IMG/VR virus record: IMGVR_UViG_3300045988_112416
Source: a virus
DNA length: 40,243 nt
Strand: one strand, 5' to 3'
This document shows, piece by piece, positions 1-9,728 of the stretch. The notes beneath the pieces are model-generated. The model made no database searches. It saw only the letters and a program-made list of their open reading frames with translations, and was not told the DNA's origin. The first letter of the stretch is position 1; every line of letters starts with the position of its first letter. The position numbers were made by a program, and so were the translations under genes.

Positions 1-74
1 CCAGCGTTAGCAGCTTCCTCAACAGAAACAGCTACAGCAACTGTAGCACCAACCATAGGGTTGTTACCCATTCC
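1..74. repeat. Left copy of att core direct repeat (at least 74 bp)
   Basis: nt 1-74 are identical to nt 40170-40243. Both copies run into a window edge, so the true length is unknown. The - strand frame is open (GMGNNPMVGATVAVAVSVEEAANAG). Confidence 0.9.
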
Positions 75-207
75 AATATAAGGAACTAATATGCAACCTA
101 CTTTATCTGCTAATGGCTAAAAAATGGCTTATTTCCGCCATTATTTCGATGTATGTTTTTTCTACGCAATTTACACTTTGCCTATTTTTACTATTTATCA
201 CTCAATC

Positions 208-232
208 TACGTGGACAAAATGTGGACAAAAA
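208..232. promoter_or_regulatory. Arm-type integrase binding repeats (two direct GTGGACAAA units), left arm
   Basis: The 25-mer TACGTGGACAAAATGTGGACAAAAA is identical to 40058-40082 next to the integrase gene. Confidence 0.7.
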
Positions 233-303
233 AAATAAAGATATAGTTAGGTTAATTCTTGCCAAAATGATATTATAAAACACTAAATTAACCAACTCTT
301 TAT

Positions 304-1224
304 TTAAATGGTTTTTATCAACTCATTCACTCTCTTCTGGATCTTATCCGGATTATATCTTGCTGCCTTGAGGCGGTCAATACGTTCCTGTCCATTGCCC
401 CAGCGGCCAGCGATTACCTCTCTTGCAATCTCATCTGTGGATTTTACGTGTGACGCTTTTACCTGCTTGTTGACCTCTGCCTGAACTTTCGCATAGTCGT
501 ACCCTGCCTTGGTCAACTTTGACTTTCTAACGTCGCCGTTCCCCCATTTGCCTGCGAGGACTTCCTTTGCTATCGTTGCAATGGACTTCTTCTTTATGGT
601 AGGCTTAGCCGTTGAAGATGTTGCAGTCTTAACCCCAGCATACTTCTGCCAAGTCACCTTGGATATGTACGCCTTATTGAGATCAAGATTACCATTATAT
701 CCGTTGAGTCGTCCATGGGAAGAGTACTGCCTGATAATGCAGTCATAAGAGCCCTCATTCCAAGGAGTCTTCTGGAATCCAGTATCGTTATTATCTGCAT
801 ACTGAGCTATCCAGAGTGGGTATCCAGCAGACTTAACTCTATCCATCGATGACTTCTGAATATATATGAAAGGTTTGATCCCTGTCCGCTTATAAACGTA
901 TGAGCACCATGCCTCGCACCACTCCGTATCATCTCTGCCAAATCTAGGATTGTTGTCGGTTTCCCAATCAAGGGCTATGATCCCCTTACCTATGAACTTC
1001 TTTATCTTACCTAAGAAGAAATCTGCCTCCTTCTTGACGTCCCCTCCATTTGCATAGTGATACATACCCAGTAAGCGTCCAAGTTTGAGCGTCTTGTTAG
1101 CATGGTCATTGAAACACCTATTGAAGTAGTCTGATCCCTCGGTAGCCTTGACTATTATAAAGTCGCAAGCCACCTTAGAGAGGTTAATGTCATCCTGATG
1201 CGCTGATATATCTATTCCATTCAT
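304..1224 (-). CDS. Endolysin: GH25 muramidase with two C-terminal Cpl-7 (CW_7) cell-wall-binding repeats
   Basis: N-terminus NGIDISAHQ..DFIIVKATEG is typical of GH25. Two repeats (IAKEVLAGKWGNGDVRKSKL..VQAEVN and IAREVIAGRWGNGQERIDRL..IQKRVN) match the Cpl-7 pattern. The start is placed at ATG 1224, which has an upstream GAGAAAGG and follows the holin stop by 1 nt. The track start at 1248 lies inside the holin gene. Confidence 0.9.
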   Translation of the reverse strand: MNGIDISAHQDDINLSKVACDFIIVKATEGSDYFNRCFNDHANKTLKLGRLLGMYHYANGGDVKKEADFFLGKIKKFIGKGIIALDWETDNNPRFGRDDTEWCEAWCSYVYKRTGIKPFIYIQKSSMDRVKSAGYPLWIAQYADNNDTGFQKTPWNEGSYDCIIRQYSSHGRLNGYNGNLDLNKAYISKVTWQKYAGVKTATSSTAKPTIKKKSIATIAKEVLAGKWGNGDVRKSKLTKAGYDYAKVQAEVNKQVKASHVKSTDEIAREVIAGRWGNGQERIDRLKAARYNPDKIQKRVNELIKTI

Positions 1225-1225
1225 A

Positions 1226-1651
1226 TTATTCGCCGCCTTTCTCTTCACTCTTTGATGTTAATATGTCTATTGCTTTATTGATTACCTCAGGAAGCGGTAC
1301 ACCCATGAGACCAGCGTTCTCAACAATACTGATCGTCTCATTTACAATAAATCCTATTATCACCGCATCCCGGATATAGTTTGAGCCTATCGCCAGATCA
1401 AGCCTATAGGCTATCAATACAAATAAAAGGGACATGCCCTTACGACATAATCCCTTCCATCCTGCCTTGCTCTCCAAGGCTCCTGATGCTGTTTTCTTGC
1501 TGTTGTGAAACACTCCAGCCACCACCAAGCCACTCACATAGTCAATGGCCATGAACATGACCAATGTTGCCAGTCCAGCATCCCATCCACCAAACAGGGA
1601 CGCTATCACACCGCCTATTGCTCCAGCGGTTGTACATATTGCATTTTTCAT
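1226..1651 (-). CDS. Holin (toxin-secretion/phage-lysis holin family, TcdE-like)
   Basis: 141 aa with 3-4 hydrophobic helices and a charged C-terminus, immediately upstream of the endolysin. Confidence 0.8.
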   Translation of the reverse strand: MKNAICTTAGAIGGVIASLFGGWDAGLATLVMFMAIDYVSGLVVAGVFHNSKKTASGALESKAGWKGLCRKGMSLLFVLIAYRLDLAIGSNYIRDAVIIGFIVNETISIVENAGLMGVPLPEVINKAIDILTSKSEEKGGE

Positions 1652-1669
1652 TTTTCCGTCTCCTTTCTC

Positions 1670-2623
1670 TTATGCTATTCTTACTGCTTTCATGTAACTA
1701 GCAGTTACATTTATGTTTGCTCCGCTACTCTGCCATGCCTGTAGATAGTACTTTGTATCTTCTGTCACAGACATTATCCACTGGCACTGTACATATCCAG
1801 TTGCAGCTGTGGCTGTTCCAGGAATAACATTTGTTGTCTGGTCAAAACCATTATCTGATGTAGCAAATCTAGCTCCCAGTCTGCCTCCCTTTGATGCAGC
1901 AAATAATATCGTTCCTGTCATCATATACACACCTGGCGGCAATGTCACTGAGGAGTTTGTATTCGACCAGACTCCTGATTTTATAGCCTTTGCTGTTGTT
2001 GAATTACCATAGAATGTTTCGCCAATACGGTAACCATTGCGGTAATAATCCCCTAAAACAGATAATGATGACTCACCCGAATTATCGCCAATGATTGTGT
2101 GCTTTCCGAGAAAGACAACACCAGACTTAGCTAAGCTCATTGAATTGCCATTCGTTATGTATATACCATCACTGCCGATCACAAGCTGCCGCTTCAGCTC
2201 GCTTATACCAACTATGATATTGCCGTCCTTGAATGTTATATACTTTGAATAGTTGTCCGGGTCCGCTTCGTCAACGTTTATAAGTTTCTCCCAAAACAGC
2301 TTCAACTCATTGCCTGACTTTTCAACCGACAGGGCCTTGTTATAAGCTGCCTTTGCTGCCTCATAGCTACTAGACTTTGAAACATCGGAATAGCTGAATG
2401 TCTTGCCGTCGCTCATAATAGTCAGATCAACAAAATATAAGGTATTTGTAGAGCCATCCGTATAAGACGGCTCTGTGGTTTTCCAATTACCTCCAGGATT
2501 GATGGTTGTAGGCTTAGCTGGTGCTGTAACCGTGGATGACTGAAGTAGATAATATCTTGTTACACTCTTGACATCCTTGACATTAAATATGGTTATTTCT
2601 GCCTTGGCTTTGATCATAGCCAT
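1670..2623 (-). CDS. Tail fibre / receptor-binding-like structural protein
   Basis: Position is between the collagen-like fibre and the lysis cassette. The N-terminus MAMIKAKAEITIFNVKDV is paralogous to the N-terminus of the upstream fibre (MATIKAADQITVLDVSDA). Confidence 0.6.
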   Translation of the reverse strand: MAMIKAKAEITIFNVKDVKSVTRYYLLQSSTVTAPAKPTTINPGGNWKTTEPSYTDGSTNTLYFVDLTIMSDGKTFSYSDVSKSSSYEAAKAAYNKALSVEKSGNELKLFWEKLINVDEADPDNYSKYITFKDGNIIVGISELKRQLVIGSDGIYITNGNSMSLAKSGVVFLGKHTIIGDNSGESSLSVLGDYYRNGYRIGETFYGNSTTAKAIKSGVWSNTNSSVTLPPGVYMMTGTILFAASKGGRLGARFATSDNGFDQTTNVIPGTATAATGYVQCQWIMSVTEDTKYYLQAWQSSGANINVTASYMKAVRIA

Positions 2624-2635
2624 AGAAACACCTCC

Positions 2636-3712
2636 TTACGCTTCAAGCTGACATGTGTAAGCCTGAGAGTTGTCTACGGCTCCAGCAGTAACCGTATACG
2701 TCTTTGATGTAGACACAAGTGTTGCCCCTTTATACCATTTTATTGTTCCAAGTCCAGATACAGTTCCATTATCAGCTATTATCTGTTCGGCGCTTCCTTT
2801 AAATACATGTGCTGTAAGCACGGTAGAACCGGTATTATTTTTAAAGATAATGCCGTTGCTTGATGTGATTGTTACAGTTATTGCGTCTGCTCCTGCATTG
2901 CCTTGAGGTCCCCGTGGTCCGGTTGGTCCAGTATTCCCCTGTGGTCCGGTTGGTCCTGTAGCCCCTTTATCGCCCTTGGCACCTGTTTCACCTTTGATTC
3001 TCGCCCATGTATATGAACTGACGGTTGCTGGGTCTGTCGGGTTATAATCCGTGCATGTACCTATATACATTCCAACATCTTCACCCGAGTTTGACGTGAA
3101 TGTTTTCCCTCCATCATTTGAATATTTTACATGAAAATATGATGTCTTACCGTTTACCCCTGTTGCTCCTGGAGTTCCATTAGTGCCGTCCTTAACAGTC
3201 TGGGTATGTGTGCCGTTTTTATCGGTGATGGTTATGGTTGTCACACCATTGGTTTTGGTGACCGATACAGTTGGGGATACCCCCTGGGGGCCCTGTGGTC
3301 CGGTTGGACCTGTAGCTCCTGTATCGCCCTTAGCACCTGTTGCACCTGTTCTCGATACTGCAAACGAAAACTTCTTACTAATTGTTATTCCATCAACAAC
3401 AACAGGGATAGTCGCTTCACATGCGGTTGTCAACTTTGCTGTCAGTGTAAATGTGATTGTGACTTTTGAAGTTCCACTGTTGCTTACTCCCGCTGTCACT
3501 CCTGTTGGGCATACGATTGCCTTAGGATCTACTGTAACAACGGAACACATGTTATTACCGCAATATGCTGCTGCATCTGTTGTGCATTTAGAACCGGCCA
3601 CAGCTCCCTGCGTGTCCCCAAGAAACGTATACGCCTCGCTTGACAGCACAACGTTATATGCGTCTGACACATCAAGTACTGTAATCTGATCTGCTGCTTT
3701 TATTGTTGCCAT
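2636..3712 (-). CDS. Collagen-like (Gly-X-Y repeat) tail fibre protein with C-terminal Ig-like module
   Basis: Two G-X-Y runs (GATGAKGDTGATGPTGPQGPQG and GETGAKGDKGATGPTGPQGNTGPTGPRGPQGNAG). The C-terminal segment IFKNNTGSTVLTAHVFKG...YTCQLE resembles the C-terminus of the 656-aa tail protein. Confidence 0.8.
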   Translation of the reverse strand: MATIKAADQITVLDVSDAYNVVLSSEAYTFLGDTQGAVAGSKCTTDAAAYCGNNMCSVVTVDPKAIVCPTGVTAGVSNSGTSKVTITFTLTAKLTTACEATIPVVVDGITISKKFSFAVSRTGATGAKGDTGATGPTGPQGPQGVSPTVSVTKTNGVTTITITDKNGTHTQTVKDGTNGTPGATGVNGKTSYFHVKYSNDGGKTFTSNSGEDVGMYIGTCTDYNPTDPATVSSYTWARIKGETGAKGDKGATGPTGPQGNTGPTGPRGPQGNAGADAITVTITSSNGIIFKNNTGSTVLTAHVFKGSAEQIIADNGTVSGLGTIKWYKGATLVSTSKTYTVTAGAVDNSQAYTCQLEA

Positions 3713-3730
3713 AGATTATTTTCCTCCTCG

Positions 3731-5701
3731 TTAATCTGTTATAAGTTCACACATGAAAGTTACCTTTGTATCTACATCTTCTGGTGAAAGAGTAAAAGAA
3801 AATCCGTCGTTCCCCATTCTTGAGTCGGCGGATGATATAATTCCATATGATTCTTCATCTAGCCTCTGCCATTTCCATTGAATATACGCAGAGCTTCCAT
3901 ACGTTTCATGTAACTTATCTATATCTGTTATCCTGTCTTTTCCGTGGTATATCACCACAGATAATACTGTTGATACTGCATTATTCTTGAATACCGTTCC
4001 TCTTGATGATTCTATTCTCAAAAGTGTGGTTATCTCATCTCTAACATTATCAACATCCTGCTTTATGTCGCTTAGAATATTTTCTATGTTTTGCTTGCCA
4101 AGGGTGAACTTATCTGCTGATATAGCAAGATGTGATTCTCCTTTATTGTCCACATAAAACATAACAAAATTATCCGAATCCCCGATGTTGAGCTGTCCGT
4201 CACTTCCAAGATATGCGCCCCTGGATGTATTGCTCACGCTTTCTTTTGTGCCAGAGAATAAACCACCATCAGCTATGTGCCAACCGCCGATTGTCGCCCC
4301 AAAGGCAACGAGATCGTCAACAGCAATCTTAGTTGCCGTGATAGACTTAGCTCTGATCACACCACCATCAAGGCTGTTGTAATCCGTCTGCTCTTTCTCT
4401 ACTGTATTACCATCAGTATTCAGCTTGTAATACAGTCCATCTTCACCTTTGATGACCAGCTTATCCGCTATGACTGTTCCACCCTTGATGCTGTCGCCTA
4501 AAATAGTCACTCCAACGAGCGTTCCTGTAACCTTCTGATCACCGACCACAACATCTTCAATCAGTCCTGACTTGGCGAAAAACTGCTCCAGTGCAGCCTT
4601 GCCTATATTTGCAAAGTCAATCTGAGCATACTTGATGTCTGCATCTGTCACATCCAGTTTATCTGCATACAAGCGTCTGTACACTTGCTGAACATAGCTC
4701 TCAGTTGGACTTACAAAAGTCGCTTCACTAAATTCTGTGCTGCCATATGATCCGATAGCCGTTATAAGCCCGCCATCATAGCTGAAATCGAGACTCATAA
4801 TCGGCACTGAATATGCTTTGCCATCTCTGCTCAATACCTGTACTATATCTCCAAGCTCAAGCCTCATATCACCAGCGAAACTGCATGTCGTTGGATGATA
4901 ACTCATATCCTTTAACTTTGCATACAGGCCATCAAGGATCTCCTGTGTCATCAGGAAATTGCTTGTTGCTATTCCTGTCAGCCCCTGTCCTGATTTAATT
5001 GTATTGTTCTCATCAACAGCACATGAGATATACCCAACCTGAAACACATTCTCCTGCACAACAACATCATCGAACGACCTGTTGAGTTCAACCGAATAAT
5101 CTGTTGTCGTGTACCACTTGAAATCAAGCACTCCATCCCTGTCAAATGTCGCAAACTTGCCGTCAAGGCCGGCTATAAAACCAACTACCTGTCTGTATGT
5201 GTAACCATCAAAGGTTTTTGATATACTGATACCTGACGGAGCATTCTTCATTCTGATACCTGTCAATGCCTCTATCTCTGCGCATACTTCCGATATATCA
5301 CAAGGATATAAGATATTAGACAGATAATATCCAGACATCTTGTAAGCCATCCTATCGTATGCAGTGAACGTGATCCTGCCATCATCAACAGTAGGTTTCT
5401 GTGCCATGAAGTATCCCATCTTGACATACTCTATACTGTCATCATCAAGCATGAGGCCTATCTCAAGCAGAATTTCCCTGCCGGTCAGACTTATATCCGG
5501 CTGTATCATTGTGATATCAAGCTGCGTGGAGCTGGCGCACCCTATCTCTAAGGTGCTTGTACCAGTTCCGGCTATACACTTCATATCAACACTGACAAAA
5601 CCGGATTCTATGACAGTGTCATCACATGTTATACGTGCTCTGAAGGTTCTGCCCTCTCCCATTATTCTATTGTCAAAGTCATCTGATACATTCGTGTACA
5701 T
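3731..5701 (-). CDS. Tail tip / minor structural protein (Tal-like)
   Basis: 656 aa, second gene downstream of the tape measure. Central coiled segment. C-terminal module VFKNNAVSTVLSVVIYHG...FMCELI is shared with the collagen-like fibre. Confidence 0.6.
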   Translation of the reverse strand: MYTNVSDDFDNRIMGEGRTFRARITCDDTVIESGFVSVDMKCIAGTGTSTLEIGCASSTQLDITMIQPDISLTGREILLEIGLMLDDDSIEYVKMGYFMAQKPTVDDGRITFTAYDRMAYKMSGYYLSNILYPCDISEVCAEIEALTGIRMKNAPSGISISKTFDGYTYRQVVGFIAGLDGKFATFDRDGVLDFKWYTTTDYSVELNRSFDDVVVQENVFQVGYISCAVDENNTIKSGQGLTGIATSNFLMTQEILDGLYAKLKDMSYHPTTCSFAGDMRLELGDIVQVLSRDGKAYSVPIMSLDFSYDGGLITAIGSYGSTEFSEATFVSPTESYVQQVYRRLYADKLDVTDADIKYAQIDFANIGKAALEQFFAKSGLIEDVVVGDQKVTGTLVGVTILGDSIKGGTVIADKLVIKGEDGLYYKLNTDGNTVEKEQTDYNSLDGGVIRAKSITATKIAVDDLVAFGATIGGWHIADGGLFSGTKESVSNTSRGAYLGSDGQLNIGDSDNFVMFYVDNKGESHLAISADKFTLGKQNIENILSDIKQDVDNVRDEITTLLRIESSRGTVFKNNAVSTVLSVVIYHGKDRITDIDKLHETYGSSAYIQWKWQRLDEESYGIISSADSRMGNDGFSFTLSPEDVDTKVTFMCELITD

Positions 5702-5711
5702 CTGATATCTC

Positions 5712-6077
5712 CTACTTCTCTATCAGGTCAACTCCAACCCCTGTATATCTGTACATTCCATCACGCACATCATATACCGGGTATGTCGGAGCGCCTGCAT
5801 ACATCCTCTTTGTTACATATTTCTTAGTTCGTGGATCCTTAAATTTGACATCAAAAAAAGAATCATAGATTGCGCTTTCGATAAGTGCTATCTGTGATTC
5901 TGTGAGATAATTCCACTTAATTTTTAATGTCATCTTTCTCGCCACTATATCGCCGAACATTTCTCCATCCGAAACTCGTCCAGTGTTCTTGCTCCAGATC
6001 TTCTCTGGTGCATAAGTGAGACCACCATTGATTGCTGGATCTGGCATGTCCACTCCATTTATAACAAGTTCTGCCAC
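5712..6077 (-). CDS. Small tail component in the distal-tail-protein position
   Basis: 121-aa ORF directly downstream of the tape measure. The call is positional only, and the protein is shorter than classical Dit proteins. Confidence 0.4.
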   Translation of the reverse strand: MAELVINGVDMPDPAINGGLTYAPEKIWSKNTGRVSDGEMFGDIVARKMTLKIKWNYLTESQIALIESAIYDSFFDVKFKDPRTKKYVTKRMYAGAPTYPVYDVRDGMYRYTGVGVDLIEK

Positions 6078-6091
6078 AGTCTCACTCCTTT

Positions 6092-9000
6092 CTATACCAA
6101 TAATGGATTCTTACCTGTCTGGATTGTCCTGTCGTTGATGTCCTTTACAACAACATCCGTAACCTCTTTTCCGCCAACGTACACCTTTATTACTGGTGTG
6201 CTTCCACCTGACTTGCCGCCATTGTTATTCGCTGCTGTAACAGCTCTATATACACCAGCTTCAATACCCTCAACAATCTGGGCATTATTAGCAACCGCAG
6301 TCTTGCCGTTGCTGAACTTACCAACAAGTTCCCCATGGTTCGCCATAAACAAACCGTCCTCCGGGAAGCCGCCGGTTGCAAATGTCGAAATATGACCAAC
6401 ATCAAAACCAAAAGTATTTCCGTCATATAATGTTCTTCCAAAAACCTTTATTTTCGGAATTGTAATACTAATCTTATTGAGATTATCAATTATATGAGTA
6501 TTTATCCAGCCAATAACCGTATTTATAGCTGATTTGAAGCTATCTTTGATCTCCTGCACAGAAGTAGCGGCTTTTATCTTAAATGATATAGTCTTATCTC
6601 TCCACTGTGCTGATCTGCTATTCCACCAGCCACGTATACTTGATATTGCTGTGCTTGCTTTTATTCCAAAATACGAAGCCTTACTCTTCCAGCCTGATGC
6701 TAATGAACGCCACCTTGATCTCACATTTGCTATTTTTGTGCTTACCTTTATTCCAAAATATGAAGCCTTACTCTTCCAGTTGTCAGCTCTTTCTTTCCAC
6801 CATTGCTTGACTGCTGTTGGTGTTGTTGCAACGATTGCTGTCAACAAGGCTGTCTTATCTTTCCAGTCCTGCAGCTTATCTGTTGCCCAATCTTTGATCT
6901 TGCCAACAGTTGCCTCGTCAAGCGCCGCTGACAGCTTCGCCGCTATTGGCAGCGACTTATCATCAGAACCGCCCCACAGACTCTTTATCGACTCCCATAT
7001 ATCTGACAAGGTATTCTTTAACTTGAGACCAACCTCAAGTGCTGTATCCTTGAGTTTAGCCCATACATCTTTGATACCTTCCCATATCTTCTGTGCCTGA
7101 TCTGACCAGTCTGTACTCTTGATCTGATTGATAATAGCATCCCAGATAGCAAGTACCAATTTGTAAAATGCGCCTGCAACACTGATGACAGCCTTGATAG
7201 CGCCTGTAATGATTCCTATCCAGTCTACCGATGTTATTGCATCGACAAGATCTGTACCAATAGAATCCCAGTCCACTTCATCGAAGAATGTCGATATACT
7301 GTTCAGTACACCCTTTACACCCTCACCGAAGGTCTTACCACCCTTCTTAAAGTCTATCGCTCCAAAGAAGTTATTAACTGTCTTGCTTGCACTCTCCCCG
7401 GCTTTCTTCCAATCAAACGTCTTGACAAAGCCAAAGCCTGTATCTACGACATTCTGAACCGCTGTACCAAGCGTATCTCCAGCCAGCGACCAATCTGTAG
7501 TGGACAGCGTGCTGTTTAGTGTTTCCGCAAGGGACTCTCCCCACTTCTTAAAATCAAACTTCTTCTGGAATGTATTGATTGCTCCCAAAATTGTATTGAT
7601 TCCATTACCAAGTGTGGATCCTACAAGATTCCAGTCTGTCTCCTCAACTGCTCCATTTAAAAAGTCGGCTATCTTCTCGGCTATGCTGTTGCACTTTTTC
7701 TGGACACTGCTCCAATCAATTGATCCTAAAGCACTGTTTATCTTGTCTCCAAGAGCCTTTCCAACAGCTTCCCAGTTGCCGCTCTTGATGGAATCCGCAA
7801 GGCTGCTTGATATATCAACCTTTGTGGTTTCCCAGTTGCCTGTATTCAGTCCGTTTCCTGAGCTGCCGCTTCCGGAGCTTCCACTGTTATCATCCAGCTT
7901 GGTGATCTGATCAAATCCAAGCAGGACATTCTGCAGTTCTTTAGCACTTGCAGCCGACTGGTCAAGGCTTGCCGAATAATCTTTCTGAGTATATACAGCC
8001 TTTTCAAATGTTGTTTGACCTGTAAGGTATGCAAAGAACTCAGCCAGCTTGTTAAATGCATCAGCCACAGTGTTCACTATACTTGTAAGTATCGGCGTTA
8101 TATAGCTGAGAAGTGGCTGAAATGCTGATAATATGCTACTCTTCAGATAGGTAAATGAGGATGCCAGCAGTGACAGATCATTGTTCACAACAACCGACTG
8201 CTTCGCAAAGCTCTGCAAGGTCTCACCCATTCCACTCATAAGCTGCATAAACAGCATTGAGAGCACCATAGACTTAACCATTCTGGATGTCTGTACAAAC
8301 TTTGAGCTTAATCCTGACAGCTTATCTTTAAGCGATGATAAGCCTCTTCCTATCAGTGTTGTATTCTCATAAAGTGAGAACAGTCTGCGCCCGGCACTGC
8401 CCGCCACAGTTCCAAAATTCTTTATGTGGGACACGCCATTCTGGAATCTGTGAATCAGTGACGCAGTAGCATTACCAACGTTCTTGACAGTAGATGCAAG
8501 TCTGCCAAAGAAGCCGGTAGATGTATTCTGAGATGTATTCTGCAAAGCGGCACTGAGCTGTGATATGCGTTCCTGTGCCTGCTGTATAGAATCCCTTGTC
8601 TGCTGCATATTTGCCTGAAGCATTTCCTGCTTACCGCTTAAACTTGCTGACTGTGTCGATGCCGTACTATATGCGTTCTGAAGTGATCTCAGTTTATTCT
8701 CCTGCTGAGTAATAATAGAGTTCATTCTCTGAAGCCCCTGCATGCTTCCAAAGTTTCTGCTTTCGGCACTGACTCCTCCCATGGCTGTTTCCAACTTCTC
8801 AAGTCTTCCCCATGCCTGCTCACTTGATGTATCCAGTTCATTCATCTTTTTAGTCATGTCTTCCATGGACATGAACGAATTACCAACATCTATGATGTCA
8901 TAAGGAGACTGCTTAAGTCTCTCCATGGCATTGAATAACTCGTTGGCTGATATCTTATTTTCATCAAGTGTAGTCTTGAGTCTGACCATCTCTGCATTTA

Positions 9001-9703
9001 TGCTGTCGTCAATATTCAGCTCAGACATTACTGAGGACATCGCCTCATAATCTCTTTTCAAACCATCAAGCTTTGTCTGCTGTACCTGTATATCATTACT
9101 GGTTTTCTGAACCTTCTGATTCTGTATATCGTACTTCTGATTCACTGCGTCCAGCTTTATCCTGTAGCCATTGAGGGTATTCTGCAACTTCTGGAGCTTG
9201 GCCTGTTCCGCGTCAAGAGCTTTCTGTGCCTTTTCCTGTGTTGCATCACTGGGATTTCTCGAAACCTTATACGATCTCGTCTCACCGCCATTGTTTGTAT
9301 TCCCACCCCAATTAGCTGTTGGCCTTGAGTTGAATACATCCTGCATAGTTTCTTTGACTTTTTTCCATCCGGTCGTTATTTTGGCCGTTTCAGCAGTGCT
9401 CTGCTTTGATACAGTCTGCATCTTGGAATTTATCTCACCAACCGCCTTGCCTGTTCCGCTAACAGTCTTCGTAACCTCTGACATCTGCTTGTTATATGCA
9501 GCACTCTGCTCTGTGAGCGTCCTGAGGTCTTTTGACATATCCTTGATAGGCTGCGTTATCTCATCCAAGGCACTTGCTATGTCCATGGTCTGTGCTTCAG
9601 TTCCCTTGAGAGTTTCGGTAATATCTGAAAGAGCTTTCTTCAGCTCATTGGTGTCAGCAGTAAACTTGACGGATATCTCCTCTATTGTCATATTCTGTCC
9701 CAC
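6092..9703 (-). CDS. Tail tape measure protein
   Basis: 1203 aa. Long coiled-coil N-terminal half, central hydrophobic segments, periodic Trp-containing repeats (TDWS/DWxxxG), and an internal 87-bp (29-aa) duplication. Confidence 0.9.
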   Translation of the reverse strand: MGQNMTIEEISVKFTADTNELKKALSDITETLKGTEAQTMDIASALDEITQPIKDMSKDLRTLTEQSAAYNKQMSEVTKTVSGTGKAVGEINSKMQTVSKQSTAETAKITTGWKKVKETMQDVFNSRPTANWGGNTNNGGETRSYKVSRNPSDATQEKAQKALDAEQAKLQKLQNTLNGYRIKLDAVNQKYDIQNQKVQKTSNDIQVQQTKLDGLKRDYEAMSSVMSELNIDDSINAEMVRLKTTLDENKISANELFNAMERLKQSPYDIIDVGNSFMSMEDMTKKMNELDTSSEQAWGRLEKLETAMGGVSAESRNFGSMQGLQRMNSIITQQENKLRSLQNAYSTASTQSASLSGKQEMLQANMQQTRDSIQQAQERISQLSAALQNTSQNTSTGFFGRLASTVKNVGNATASLIHRFQNGVSHIKNFGTVAGSAGRRLFSLYENTTLIGRGLSSLKDKLSGLSSKFVQTSRMVKSMVLSMLFMQLMSGMGETLQSFAKQSVVVNNDLSLLASSFTYLKSSILSAFQPLLSYITPILTSIVNTVADAFNKLAEFFAYLTGQTTFEKAVYTQKDYSASLDQSAASAKELQNVLLGFDQITKLDDNSGSSGSGSSGNGLNTGNWETTKVDISSSLADSIKSGNWEAVGKALGDKINSALGSIDWSSVQKKCNSIAEKIADFLNGAVEETDWNLVGSTLGNGINTILGAINTFQKKFDFKKWGESLAETLNSTLSTTDWSLAGDTLGTAVQNVVDTGFGFVKTFDWKKAGESASKTVNNFFGAIDFKKGGKTFGEGVKGVLNSISTFFDEVDWDSIGTDLVDAITSVDWIGIITGAIKAVISVAGAFYKLVLAIWDAIINQIKSTDWSDQAQKIWEGIKDVWAKLKDTALEVGLKLKNTLSDIWESIKSLWGGSDDKSLPIAAKLSAALDEATVGKIKDWATDKLQDWKDKTALLTAIVATTPTAVKQWWKERADNWKSKASYFGIKVSTKIANVRSRWRSLASGWKSKASYFGIKASTAISSIRGWWNSRSAQWRDKTISFKIKAATSVQEIKDSFKSAINTVIGWINTHIIDNLNKISITIPKIKVFGRTLYDGNTFGFDVGHISTFATGGFPEDGLFMANHGELVGKFSNGKTAVANNAQIVEGIEAGVYRAVTAANNNGGKSGGSTPVIKVYVGGKEVTDVVVKDINDRTIQTGKNPLLV

Positions 9704-9728
9704 CTCCTTCCTTTTCGTATTTCATTAT

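Noticed and set aside
1670-3712. Diversity-generating retroelement targeting the fibre genes
   Set aside because: No reverse transcriptase ORF is present, and I saw no template/variable repeat pair anywhere in the window.
6534-7100. Long + strand ORFs antisense to structural and early genes (for example 3183-3689, 5364-5705, 6534-7100, 7500-7910, 9171-9830, 16425-16991, 22303-22923, 29924-30424, 32394-33038)
   Set aside because: They are shadows of well-supported - strand genes. Their composition is Ser/Leu/Phe/Cys-rich and low in complexity, they have no RBS, and none shows a recognisable motif.
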